From Candidatus Doudnabacteria bacterium (lineage in GTDB: Bacteria; Patescibacteriota; Doudnabacteria; UBA920; O2-02-FULL-48-8): a DNA stretch of 64,000 nucleotides. Both the position numbers and the translations under genes were made by a program. Numbering within the stretch: the first letter of the stretch is position 1; every line of letters begins with the position of its first letter. The stretch spans positions 2,214 to 66,213 of the forward strand of contig JBDTSL010000001.1 in assembly GCA_039931165.1 (NCBI GenBank). The letters run 5' to 3'. The notes under the pieces were generated by a model. The model searched no databases. It had not been told where the DNA came from and worked only from the letters and a program-made list of their open reading frames with translations. Positions 29,466-37,183 of the stretch are shown here, piece after piece.

Positions 29466-29768
29466 TTACCCCCTCACCAAATCTTGGTACGAGGGGTTTA
29501 TCCCCCTCACCAAATCATCTAAAGAGTTATCTATTCGTTTCATAAGTTGAACGAATGCTCTACGACGAAATTTAAGATTACGTTCCCTGATTCAAGCATC
29601 TTTTTCTGATTTATAGGCTTCATAATAAATAAGTTCAAATGGAATTCGTGATTTTGTTGAGAAAACTCTCCCTTCATTGTGTAATTTAAAGCGTTTTTTT
29701 AAATCTTTCGTGGAACCGACGTATTTTTGGCCGTCTTTTTTGCTTTTTAGTATATAAACATAAAACAT
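29466..29768 (-). pseudogene. GIY-YIG nuclease with internal TGA (not in ORF track)
   Basis: MFYVYILKSKKDGQKYVGSTKDLKKRFKLHNEGRVFSTKSRIPFELIYYEAYKSEKDA*IRERNLK...DLVRGINPSYQDLVRG*; TGA at 29594-29592. Confidence 0.85.
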
Positions 29769-29785
29769 GCGATTTGGTGCGGGGG
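29469..29785. mobile_element. Inverted-repeat element(s) with TTTA flanks around the GIY-YIG gene, plus an empty mini-copy
   Basis: TTTA-CCCCCTCACCAAATCTTGGTACGAGGGG-TTTA-T-CCCCCTCACCAAATC...GATTTGGTGCGGGGG-TTTA. Confidence 0.75.
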
Positions 29786-29829
29786 TTTAGTTTCAAGCGT
29801 TAACAGGTTTGGTGTAATTTTAGCACACT

Positions 29830-29858
29830 TTGACAAAGATTCCTTGCGTTTATATAAT
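29830..29858 (+). promoter_or_regulatory. Consensus sigma70 promoter of trxA
   Basis: TTGACA-17 bp-TATAAT. Confidence 0.85.
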
Positions 29859-29890
29859 ATAAAGACGATTAAGGCGGATGAAAGGAAAAA

Positions 29891-30214
29891 ATGGAACTAA
29901 TTTTAACTGACGCGAACTTCGAGGCCGAGGTTTTAAAATCCGATAAACCGGTGCTTGTGGACTTTTGGGCCGAATGGTGCGGGCCGTGTAAAATGGTGTC
30001 GCCCGCCGTGTCCCAGCTTGCGGAAGAGATGAAGGACCTTCTGAAAGTCGGCAAACTGAATGTCGATGAAAATCCTAAAACGACCCAAACCTATCAGATT
30101 TTCAGCATCCCGTCGCTGAAAGTTTACAAGGACGGCAAAATCCTCGGCGAAATGGTAGGCGCCATGCCCAAAGCCGTGATTGAGATGAAATTAAAAAGCA
30201 TCCTCGGCATATAA
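29891..30214 (+). CDS. trxA: Thioredoxin
   Basis: VLVDFWAEWCGPCK, SIP cis-Pro motif, AAAGGA RBS. Confidence 0.96.
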   Translation: MELILTDANFEAEVLKSDKPVLVDFWAEWCGPCKMVSPAVSQLAEEMKDLLKVGKLNVDENPKTTQTYQIFSIPSLKVYKDGKILGEMVGAMPKAVIEMKLKSILGI

Positions 30215-30264
30215 GGTTATAAAAGTCATGAGCATGCTCATGACTAAATAAAATAGAACATAAT

Positions 30265-30293
30265 AAAAAAACGGACCTTAGGTCCGTTTTTTT
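30265..30293. terminator. Bidirectional intrinsic terminator
   Basis: AAAAAAACGGACCT-T-AGGTCCGTTTTTTT. Confidence 0.8.
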
Positions 30294-32649
30294 ATGTATG
30301 CCTGATTTGCCGGGCTTTCAGCCAAAACCATTTCACGATACCGAATTGGACGGCGCAATAGGAAAAAATAACTATTAAGAATGAAGTGATGTTTATTCCG
30401 GCCGTGTAATTAAGATCAAAAAAATCAAGCATCAAAGGAACTTGGAAAATGAAATAAAGCAGAATCACGGCACACACGCAGAATCCCGCAAACATTATTT
30501 TTTGGGCTCGGGTCGTCATACCGATATACACGCTAGGCGCAAATATAAAAAATATAGTGTTGAAAACAATGAAAGCGAATATCACGTTTGAGTTCGATCC
30601 GCCGGTTTTTAAATACGCGGTGCTTTGAAAAAAAATGATAGCGGCGACAATTGCCTGAAAAAATCCGCTGACCACCGCGAAAGGCAGGACTCTGCGTAAA
30701 AAAGGCTGAACGCTCGGCAAGCGTGGTTTCTCTGTGGCATACACGGCCCAATAAAAAACCATCATGCTGGGAAATCCAATCCCGAAGTAATCGATCAGGG
30801 TGATGTTCAGTGGAGTCAGCGGAAAAGTGTGATTCAAAACGCTTAATATAATAAAGAAGAATAGTCCGCTCGCGACTTGATTAAAAAACAAACTGGCCAT
30901 GATCTCTATGTTGCCGATGATATTGTCGGCCAGCTTCACCCCGCCAGGAAGGGCCAGGAAACTATTATTGGTAAGAACCACCGCAGCCAGCCGCCTGGTT
31001 GCCTGCGCGCCGTCAAACATCGCGATCCCGAGATCGGCTTTCTTTATAGCCAACGCGTCATTCGCCCCGTCCCCGACCATGGCGGTAAACCCGATTTTTT
31101 TGAGCGCTGTGATAATTTTTTCTTTTTGCTCCGGATTTATCCGCGCGAAAATGTGATAATTCCCGGCCTTGGCGTTATACTCCTCCTGGGTCCAGGATTC
31201 CATTTCCTGCCCCAAAATTATTGCTTCGGAATTTTTTACTCCTGCGGACAAGGCCACGGCGCTGACGGTCTCCGGATTGTCGCCCGAAATAATCCTGATG
31301 ATCACGCCGCGTTTCTGAAAAAAATCGATCACGTCCCGGATGCCTTCGCGAAGATTATTATAAAATATAAAAACGGCAACAAGCAATAACTTGGTTTTTA
31401 TCAGGTCCTTCGGCAAACCGTAAGTTCTTGTTTTCACCACACACAGGATCCTTTTCCCGCCGCTTGTATTGTCTTTTAAGGTTTGTTGAAGCCACAGTTT
31501 GTCTTTTTCATCAGCCAAATGCGGCAGGACCACATCATCCGCTCCGACGATGACGCTTACGTCTCCTCCGGCATTCTTGGCCGTCACCGCTCCGAATCGT
31601 CTCTGGGAGGAAAACGGGACATACTCGTTTGTATTGGCCACACGCTTGAATGTAAAGAACTTGGTAAGCGCCTGAACCGATTCCGTGGAATCATTTGACC
31701 CGTTCAGGTAAGCTTTAGTGAGCTCTTCGGCCTCTGTTTTCTGGATCCAATCCGGGACAAGCATTTTTTCGACAACAAGTTTAATTTCCGTCAGCGTTCC
31801 GGTTTTGTCCAAACAAAGATTTTTAATCCGCCCCAATTTTTCGGTGGCGTTTATTTCCTGCAGAAGCACATGTTTGCGGAACAGGTTGACGGCCCCATAA
31901 GCAAACAGGATTGTGGTCACCAGCACCAGTCCTTGAGGCACCAGCAGACTGGTCAGAGCCGCAACGTTTTTTACCACGCTGACCACCGGCTGATGAACCA
32001 AGATACCGCGCCCGATGATGAACCCGAGCACGAATATCAGCAAGTAACCGGAATATTTTATCGCTCGATTGATCGAGATCTGGATCGGACTGAAATTCCA
32101 GGTGTATTTTTTGATATGTTTCGTTATTTGGGAGATCCTGCTGTCGGCAAACGGAGTCTCAACCTTGACCATGCCTTTGCCGGCGGTCACAATTCCCCCT
32201 GCTTGAACTTTTTCGCCTGTAAGCCTGAGCATTGAGTTCGATTCTCCGGTCAGAAGCGCGTTGCTGACCTCGATGCCTTCGGAACTGATGAGGGTACCGT
32301 CGCAAGGCACCTGGTCTCCCAGTTTTAATTTGACCCGGTCCCCTTTTTTTATTTCTTCGGCCAAGACCGATTCTTCGGTCCCGTTCTGATTAACGCGCGC
32401 TACCCTCAGAGCCGTCAGCATCTGCAGTTTTTCCAGCATAAGGCGGGCACGAATATCCTGAACCAGACCGATCACGATCGCGACTACGATAGCAATTAGC
32501 AGAAAAAACGCCACTTGTGTTTCGTGATAAATAAAAAGCATTATTATCACAAGATAAATAATGACGTTGGTGATCAGGACCACATTCCGGAAAACTATCG
32601 GGCCGATATCCTGAAAGGTCCTTTTATAATGCTCAAATGCGTGATCCAT
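30292..32649 (-). CDS. Cation-transporting P-type ATPase (CtpE-like)
   Basis: LTGES, DKTGTLT, SGDN, MVGDGANDALA. Confidence 0.9.
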   Translation of the reverse strand: MDHAFEHYKRTFQDIGPIVFRNVVLITNVIIYLVIIMLFIYHETQVAFFLLIAIVVAIVIGLVQDIRARLMLEKLQMLTALRVARVNQNGTEESVLAEEIKKGDRVKLKLGDQVPCDGTLISSEGIEVSNALLTGESNSMLRLTGEKVQAGGIVTAGKGMVKVETPFADSRISQITKHIKKYTWNFSPIQISINRAIKYSGYLLIFVLGFIIGRGILVHQPVVSVVKNVAALTSLLVPQGLVLVTTILFAYGAVNLFRKHVLLQEINATEKLGRIKNLCLDKTGTLTEIKLVVEKMLVPDWIQKTEAEELTKAYLNGSNDSTESVQALTKFFTFKRVANTNEYVPFSSQRRFGAVTAKNAGGDVSVIVGADDVVLPHLADEKDKLWLQQTLKDNTSGGKRILCVVKTRTYGLPKDLIKTKLLLVAVFIFYNNLREGIRDVIDFFQKRGVIIRIISGDNPETVSAVALSAGVKNSEAIILGQEMESWTQEEYNAKAGNYHIFARINPEQKEKIITALKKIGFTAMVGDGANDALAIKKADLGIAMFDGAQATRRLAAVVLTNNSFLALPGGVKLADNIIGNIEIMASLFFNQVASGLFFFIILSVLNHTFPLTPLNITLIDYFGIGFPSMMVFYWAVYATEKPRLPSVQPFLRRVLPFAVVSGFFQAIVAAIIFFQSTAYLKTGGSNSNVIFAFIVFNTIFFIFAPSVYIGMTTRAQKIMFAGFCVCAVILLYFIFQVPLMLDFFDLNYTAGINITSFLIVIFSYCAVQFGIVKWFWLKARQIRHT

Positions 32650-32767
32650 GAGAAAGTTTATTTTTATTTTTTTCAGTGTAAATATACTGATAATATATCA
32701 GATTTAAGACGATAAATATAGCGAGTATTGAGTAACTAAGCGATTTTTGATACAATTATCAGGCTTT

Positions 32768-32842
32768 TGGGGAGTAGCCAAGTGGTAAGGCAGGGGCCTT
32801 TGAAGCCCCCATCCGAAGGTCCGAATCCTTCCTCCCCAGCCA
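32768..32842 (+). tRNA. tRNA-Gln(TTG)
   Basis: TGGGGAG/CTCCCCA acceptor, GGGGC-CTTTGAA-GCCCC, GAAGG-TCCGAAT-CCTTC, G-CCA. Confidence 0.92.
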
Positions 32843-32867
32843 AAAAGAATGAACTAAGTTTTATAAC

Positions 32868-32992
32868 GAAGGATTCGGACGGGCAGCAGTGAGACGAGGC
32901 CTAAGCCGAAGTCGAGCGCCGATGAAAGCGAGTGCACGCAGCTTTCAGCGCTGCCCCGTATTTGAGAGCTTAAGCGCGAATCCCGAATCCTT
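32868..32992. other. Structured element downstream of tRNA-Gln with T-arm-complementary ends
   Basis: GAAGGATTCGGAC...CCGAATCCTT outer stem, ACGGGCAGC/GCTGCCCCGT inner stem. Confidence 0.6.
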
Positions 32993-33022
32993 TTCGGTTT
33001 TTTTTATTTCTATTTACTTATT

Positions 33023-34594
33023 TCAGTTACTATTTTCTATCTCGCCGCCGAGGATTTTCAGTGCCGATTCTACGGTTTCATTTGGAGTATCAACTGCCGT
33101 ACTACCGGGCCAGTCTTTGGCCATAACCGGCTTGACCATCAGTTTAATGCCTGCGACTTCCTCAATCACCTGATCGACAATGATCCTGTTCTTGCGCGCT
33201 TCGATCGCGTCTTTGTGGAATTTATACGGAAAAGTCAGGATCAATTCTTTGCCGATCACTGCCTCGGGCTTGGATAATTTCAAACTGGAGATCAAAGAAT
33301 GATTGTAATCCTTGATTTTTTCCAGAATTTCCGGCCATTTTTCTATGATAGCTGCCAACTCCTCATTACCATCGCGAGCCTGCGAAGCAGGCGCGGCGAT
33401 CTTTTCTTTTGCTAAGATTGCTTCGTTGGCCGCAAAATCAGACCCTTTGGAAATCGGCCTCCTCGCAATGGTACTATTTTGTTCTGCATCAATCCGCGTT
33501 AAGTCTACATCTGTGAGTGTTGTTGTTGCCTCCACCGCGGCCAATTCCAAAGGCAAGCTTTGGACCACAGCCCATTTGATCTCGCTTTCGGCTTTTTGAA
33601 AGATCTGAATGATTTTCGTCAGCCTAGCCAGCGGCAGGCTGTCGGTCTGCTTTCTCAAATTTTCCTGCACGTCCTTGGTGAAGCCAAAGTCAGAAACGGC
33701 GCCGACTTTGAGCAATAAAATTTTGCGCAAATATTCCAGAAAGTCCTTTTCAAACTGGTACAGATCGCGTCCTCCGTACATCAGCTTGGAAATAAAGCCA
33801 ACCGCTTCCTGGGTTTGATTGCCGATGAGCAGATCTAAAAAATTACCCGTGGTTTTAATTCCGGTCAGTCCCAGGATCTGTTCCACCATCTCTTCAGTGA
33901 CCTGCTCTTCGGAGTAATTGATGACCTGGTCCAGAAGCGACAAACCGTCGCGGAAACTGCCGTCCGCCGCCGCGGCGATTTCCATCACAGCCCCGTCCGT
34001 AATGCTGACTTTATTGTCTTCGGCCACAAACTTCAAAAGTTTGGTCAGATCGGCGATGCTGACTTTTTTAAAATCAAACCGCTGAGTGCGGGATATGATC
34101 GTGGCCGGGACTTTATTTATCTCCGTCGTGGCAAGTATAAACACAGCGTGCTTCGGCGGCTCTTCCAAAGTTTTCAGAAGCGCGTTGAACGCGCCTTTCG
34201 AAAGCATATGGACCTCGTCGACGATGATGACCTTGTAGGTCGCCTTAGTCGGAGCAAACTGCAAATGCTCGATCAGTTCGCGGATATTGTCGACTCCGGT
34301 GTGGGATGCCGCGTCGATCTCCAGCAGATCCAGGCTGGTGGCCTCGAAAAACTGCCGGCAGACGTCGCATTCGTTGCATGGTTCCGATCCTTGTCTGTTG
34401 GTGCAATTGATCGCGCGCGCAAAAATCCGCGCCAGCGTGGTTTTGCCCACTCCTCTGGGGCCCGTGAACAAATACGCGTGGCCGACGCGATTATTGGCCA
34501 CGGCATTGGCTAAAGTGGTTTTGATATGTTCCTGATTGACCACGGAAGCGAAATTCAGCGGCCGGTATTTTCTGTATAGAACTAGATTGGACAT
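33023..34594 (-). CDS. dnaX: DNA polymerase III subunit gamma/tau
   Basis: LYRKYRP, GPRGVGKTT, Zn-binding Cys, DEVHMLS, FNALLKTLEEPP. Confidence 0.97.
   Translation of the reverse strand: MSNLVLYRKYRPLNFASVVNQEHIKTTLANAVANNRVGHAYLFTGPRGVGKTTLARIFARAINCTNRQGSEPCNECDVCRQFFEATSLDLLEIDAASHTGVDNIRELIEHLQFAPTKATYKVIIVDEVHMLSKGAFNALLKTLEEPPKHAVFILATTEINKVPATIISRTQRFDFKKVSIADLTKLLKFVAEDNKVSITDGAVMEIAAAADGSFRDGLSLLDQVINYSEEQVTEEMVEQILGLTGIKTTGNFLDLLIGNQTQEAVGFISKLMYGGRDLYQFEKDFLEYLRKILLLKVGAVSDFGFTKDVQENLRKQTDSLPLARLTKIIQIFQKAESEIKWAVVQSLPLELAAVEATTTLTDVDLTRIDAEQNSTIARRPISKGSDFAANEAILAKEKIAAPASQARDGNEELAAIIEKWPEILEKIKDYNHSLISSLKLSKPEAVIGKELILTFPYKFHKDAIEARKNRIIVDQVIEEVAGIKLMVKPVMAKDWPGSTAVDTPNETVESALKILGGEIENSN
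33367..33473. repeat. GCGAG/GCAATC palindromic element, copy 2, in frame within dnaX
   Basis: TACCATCGCGAG...GCGATCT...AGATTGCTTCG...CTCCTCGCAATGGTA. Confidence 0.8.
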
Positions 34595-34666
34595 AGATTT
34601 GGCTCTTTAGTCTAACATAAAAAATAAACGCCGGAAAGGCGTTATCTATAACCTGCCACCTATAAC

Positions 34667-35092
34667 CTATTTTTTAAAAACAATAACCTTATACCCTATA
34701 AAATTCCAGATCAGGCTTACTCCTGTAGCCACTAGCTTTGCCGCGATCAGCCAGGCTCGGGGCGGCAAGCCGAACATCGGCGAAACATGGGAAGTAATAA
34801 AAGTTACGATAGAGGTATTGATGGTCACGCCAATGATGCTGACGATCAAAAACAAACTGAATTTTTTGCCCTGTTCTCCGCTTTGATCGGCAAAAGCCCA
34901 GCGCCGGTTCAGAAAATAACTGTTGGTCGTGGCCACGCTGAACGAAATAATGTTCAGAGGAATTATTTTGGCTCCGCCGGTGATCCCCGTAATAGCTGAC
35001 AATATCAGCAAAATACCGTAATCGATCGCGGTATTGATGATACCGATTATGACGAAACGCCATAATTGGCTGAAAGTTTTTTTGTAGTCCAT
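34667..35092 (-). CDS. GtrA family protein
   Basis: RFVIIGIINTAIDY, NSYFLNRRWAF, WNFIGYK. Confidence 0.9.
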   Translation of the reverse strand: MDYKKTFSQLWRFVIIGIINTAIDYGILLILSAITGITGGAKIIPLNIISFSVATTNSYFLNRRWAFADQSGEQGKKFSLFLIVSIIGVTINTSIVTFITSHVSPMFGLPPRAWLIAAKLVATGVSLIWNFIGYKVIVFKK

Positions 35093-35111
35093 CGCGGTCT
35101 ACTGTCTATTT

Positions 35112-35714
35112 TTATAATTCTTCCAGTTCTGTTTCGTCCGATGCTTGCGCGCGGGCGATAGGCGCTTGCTCCAAGCCTATCTGGTCTTTTTTGATGACAT
35201 TTTCCACGGCTCCCCAGTCGGCGTCTTTGTCTTTCGGAAGCACGATAGTGACCTGATCTCCCGGTTCGGCTTTGAAATAGGTCAAGCTCGCCAACAAAAC
35301 CTTGTGAGGCTTCCCTTCAGCGACAACTTTGTACTCGCCTTTTTCATCCGAGACCAGGATACCCAAAATCTTGCGCCGCTCGATCGGGCCGATCTGTTTA
35401 TAGATAAATGAACCGTCGTCGGCTATCGTCAGTTTCAAAACGTCGCCTTCGACCAGTTTGCTTTTTGACGCATAATTGGCAGGCACCGGATATTGCTTCC
35501 CGTCAGGCCCCATCATATTCTGGCCGTCGAACATTCCTTCGATGACCTTGCCGCCCTCGGACATATTCAAAACTTGGGCTCTTTTTATGAGCTCAGAAGA
35601 CGAGTCGGATTTTCCGCCCATCATTTCACGCAACAAAGCCTTGGCTGACTGGATATTTTTTTCAGCCGACTCGATCATTTGCGCGATTAAAGCGATGTTA
35701 GAAAGATTGTCCAT
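35112..35714 (-). CDS. Hypothetical protein
   Basis: 200-aa ORF; IEGMFDGQNM, YPVPANYASKSKLVEGD motif that I associate with CPR genomes; function unknown. Confidence 0.75.
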   Translation of the reverse strand: MDNLSNIALIAQMIESAEKNIQSAKALLREMMGGKSDSSSELIKRAQVLNMSEGGKVIEGMFDGQNMMGPDGKQYPVPANYASKSKLVEGDVLKLTIADDGSFIYKQIGPIERRKILGILVSDEKGEYKVVAEGKPHKVLLASLTYFKAEPGDQVTIVLPKDKDADWGAVENVIKKDQIGLEQAPIARAQASDETELEEL

Positions 35715-35883
35715 AAATGAAGTTTATCCACAGAAAACAATAGTATTCTACCAATTATACGACTTAAAGTTGATTTTGGTTTCCAAAAGCTTATTTTAGC
35801 TTAAACATTATAGCAGAGTTCTTAAGGAACACGCAAGTCCTCCCTGCAGAGGAAGTTTGGTGAACATTAACAAATATAACGCA

Positions 35884-36008
35884 TCTGCGAGCGGCCGATT
35901 TCATTTAGCATTATGTTTAGCGGCCGCGTGGCAGTCTATACTAATGATTAGATTGCTTCGTCGCCCCGCCCTTGAAGAATCCGTAATTTAGCGGGTCTCC
36001 TCGCAAAT
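35884..36008. repeat. GCGAG/GCAATC palindromic element, copy 3
   Basis: TGCGAGCGGCCG...GTGGCAGTCTA...TAGATTGCTTCGTCG...CTCCTCGCAAAT. Confidence 0.8.
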
Positions 36009-36050
36009 TCGATAGATTCAGCTTTATTCACTAAACTCGTGAAGCTGTTT

Positions 36051-36230
36051 CTAATCAATCAAACTTTTTACCCAAGCGACAAAGGTCTGCAGGCCAAGCG
36101 TGAAGCTGTCGTCCGGCGGGTTTTCCAAGATCTCCGCCCCCTTATAAAATTCTTCGTCTTTCAATTCGACCGCGTTTTCAGCCGGGGCTTCGCGGTTTTT
36201 TTCGGTTTCCAATTTTTCCGGTGAGTTCAT
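36051..36230 (-). CDS. 59-aa acidic hypothetical protein (not in ORF track)
   Basis: MNSPEKLETEKNREAP...FVAWVKSLID*; ATG overlaps stop of upstream gene. Confidence 0.55.
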   Translation of the reverse strand: MNSPEKLETEKNREAPAENAVELKDEEFYKGAEILENPPDDSFTLGLQTFVAWVKSLID

Positions 36231-36655
36231 AGTTTATTTTTCTCCAAAAATTGGCTGAATTGCGGAAACTCCTGGCGCAAAACGTCCTTGTTAATTTGGG
36301 CCTTGACCGCTTCCTGCAAAATCCGGAGGGCTGTATGAGTATCAACCGGCAAAATATCCTCAACAAATTCAAGGACTTCGCCTTCCAGTAATTTTCGTTC
36401 CGAGATATGGATGCTCATCTGGATCCGCTCCGTCAAGGGGAACAATTCGTCAAAATCTTTCGTCAGATCCATGATCAATTTCAAAAAAACCTGCTCATTG
36501 TCGATAAGATTGATGTTATCCACGACTTTCTGGGCAATTTCAGCCGCGCGCTGCAAACTGATATTCCTGACCCGCAGCTGCTCAGCCAGAAAATAACAGA
36601 CGGATTTGGCGTATTGGTCATTTGGCTTGCTCTTGTTCACGTTAGTTTCCTGCAT
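36227..36655 (-). CDS. Hypothetical helical protein
   Basis: 142-aa ORF overlapping neighbours in operon. Confidence 0.7.
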   Translation of the reverse strand: MQETNVNKSKPNDQYAKSVCYFLAEQLRVRNISLQRAAEIAQKVVDNINLIDNEQVFLKLIMDLTKDFDELFPLTERIQMSIHISERKLLEGEVLEFVEDILPVDTHTALRILQEAVKAQINKDVLRQEFPQFSQFLEKNKL

Positions 36656-37139
36656 AAAAATTTAAGCCAGTGTTATTCCAGGCGGCAAAAGTGGCCACTG
36701 CTGATGGGTTGGATTGATTCTCCAGTCTGGTTGCCAAAATGTAGTCCGTTGCCAGGTCGGTGAAGAGATAATCACAACATCCGTTTCTCTTAAAGCCGCG
36801 GGCATAGTAATAACCGTATTGGGCGTCGATGTTGATCGGGTCAATTGGAATCGAAGTCAAATACGCTGGGACTAACCCAAGTGTCTTGATGTCACCATAA
36901 AAAGGACTGGTCGAAGTGCATGCTGTAGTACTGGCGCCAGTACAAGTCGGATAAAAGCCATTATCGTTAATATACAGCGCTAGTGCGGCCTGCAATTGGT
37001 GCATGTCTGTCAGCCGCTTGGCGTCCCGAGATTTGGAGCGTGCGGTTCCCAACGCAACTATGACCACAGAGGCCAAAAGCCCGATGATGGCGATGACGAC
37101 GAGCAATTCAATTAAGGTAAAGCCTTTATTTTTAATCAT
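36642..37139 (-). CDS. Type IV pilin-like protein
   Basis: GFTLIELLVVIAIIGLLAS, SRDAKRLTD. Confidence 0.9.
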   Translation of the reverse strand: MIKNKGFTLIELLVVIAIIGLLASVVIVALGTARSKSRDAKRLTDMHQLQAALALYINDNGFYPTCTGASTTACTSTSPFYGDIKTLGLVPAYLTSIPIDPINIDAQYGYYYARGFKRNGCCDYLFTDLATDYILATRLENQSNPSAVATFAAWNNTGLNFYAGN

Positions 37140-37183
37140 AATATTTTATTTAGCACCTCTAATTATTCGAATCTCTAAGTAAT

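Noticed and set aside
29592-29594. In-frame TGA as evidence of a recoded genome (code 25 or 4)
   Set aside because: TGA terminates clear genes here (atpF, cysS, alr, ddl) and long genes have no internal TGA; a CGA-to-TGA nonsense change is simpler.
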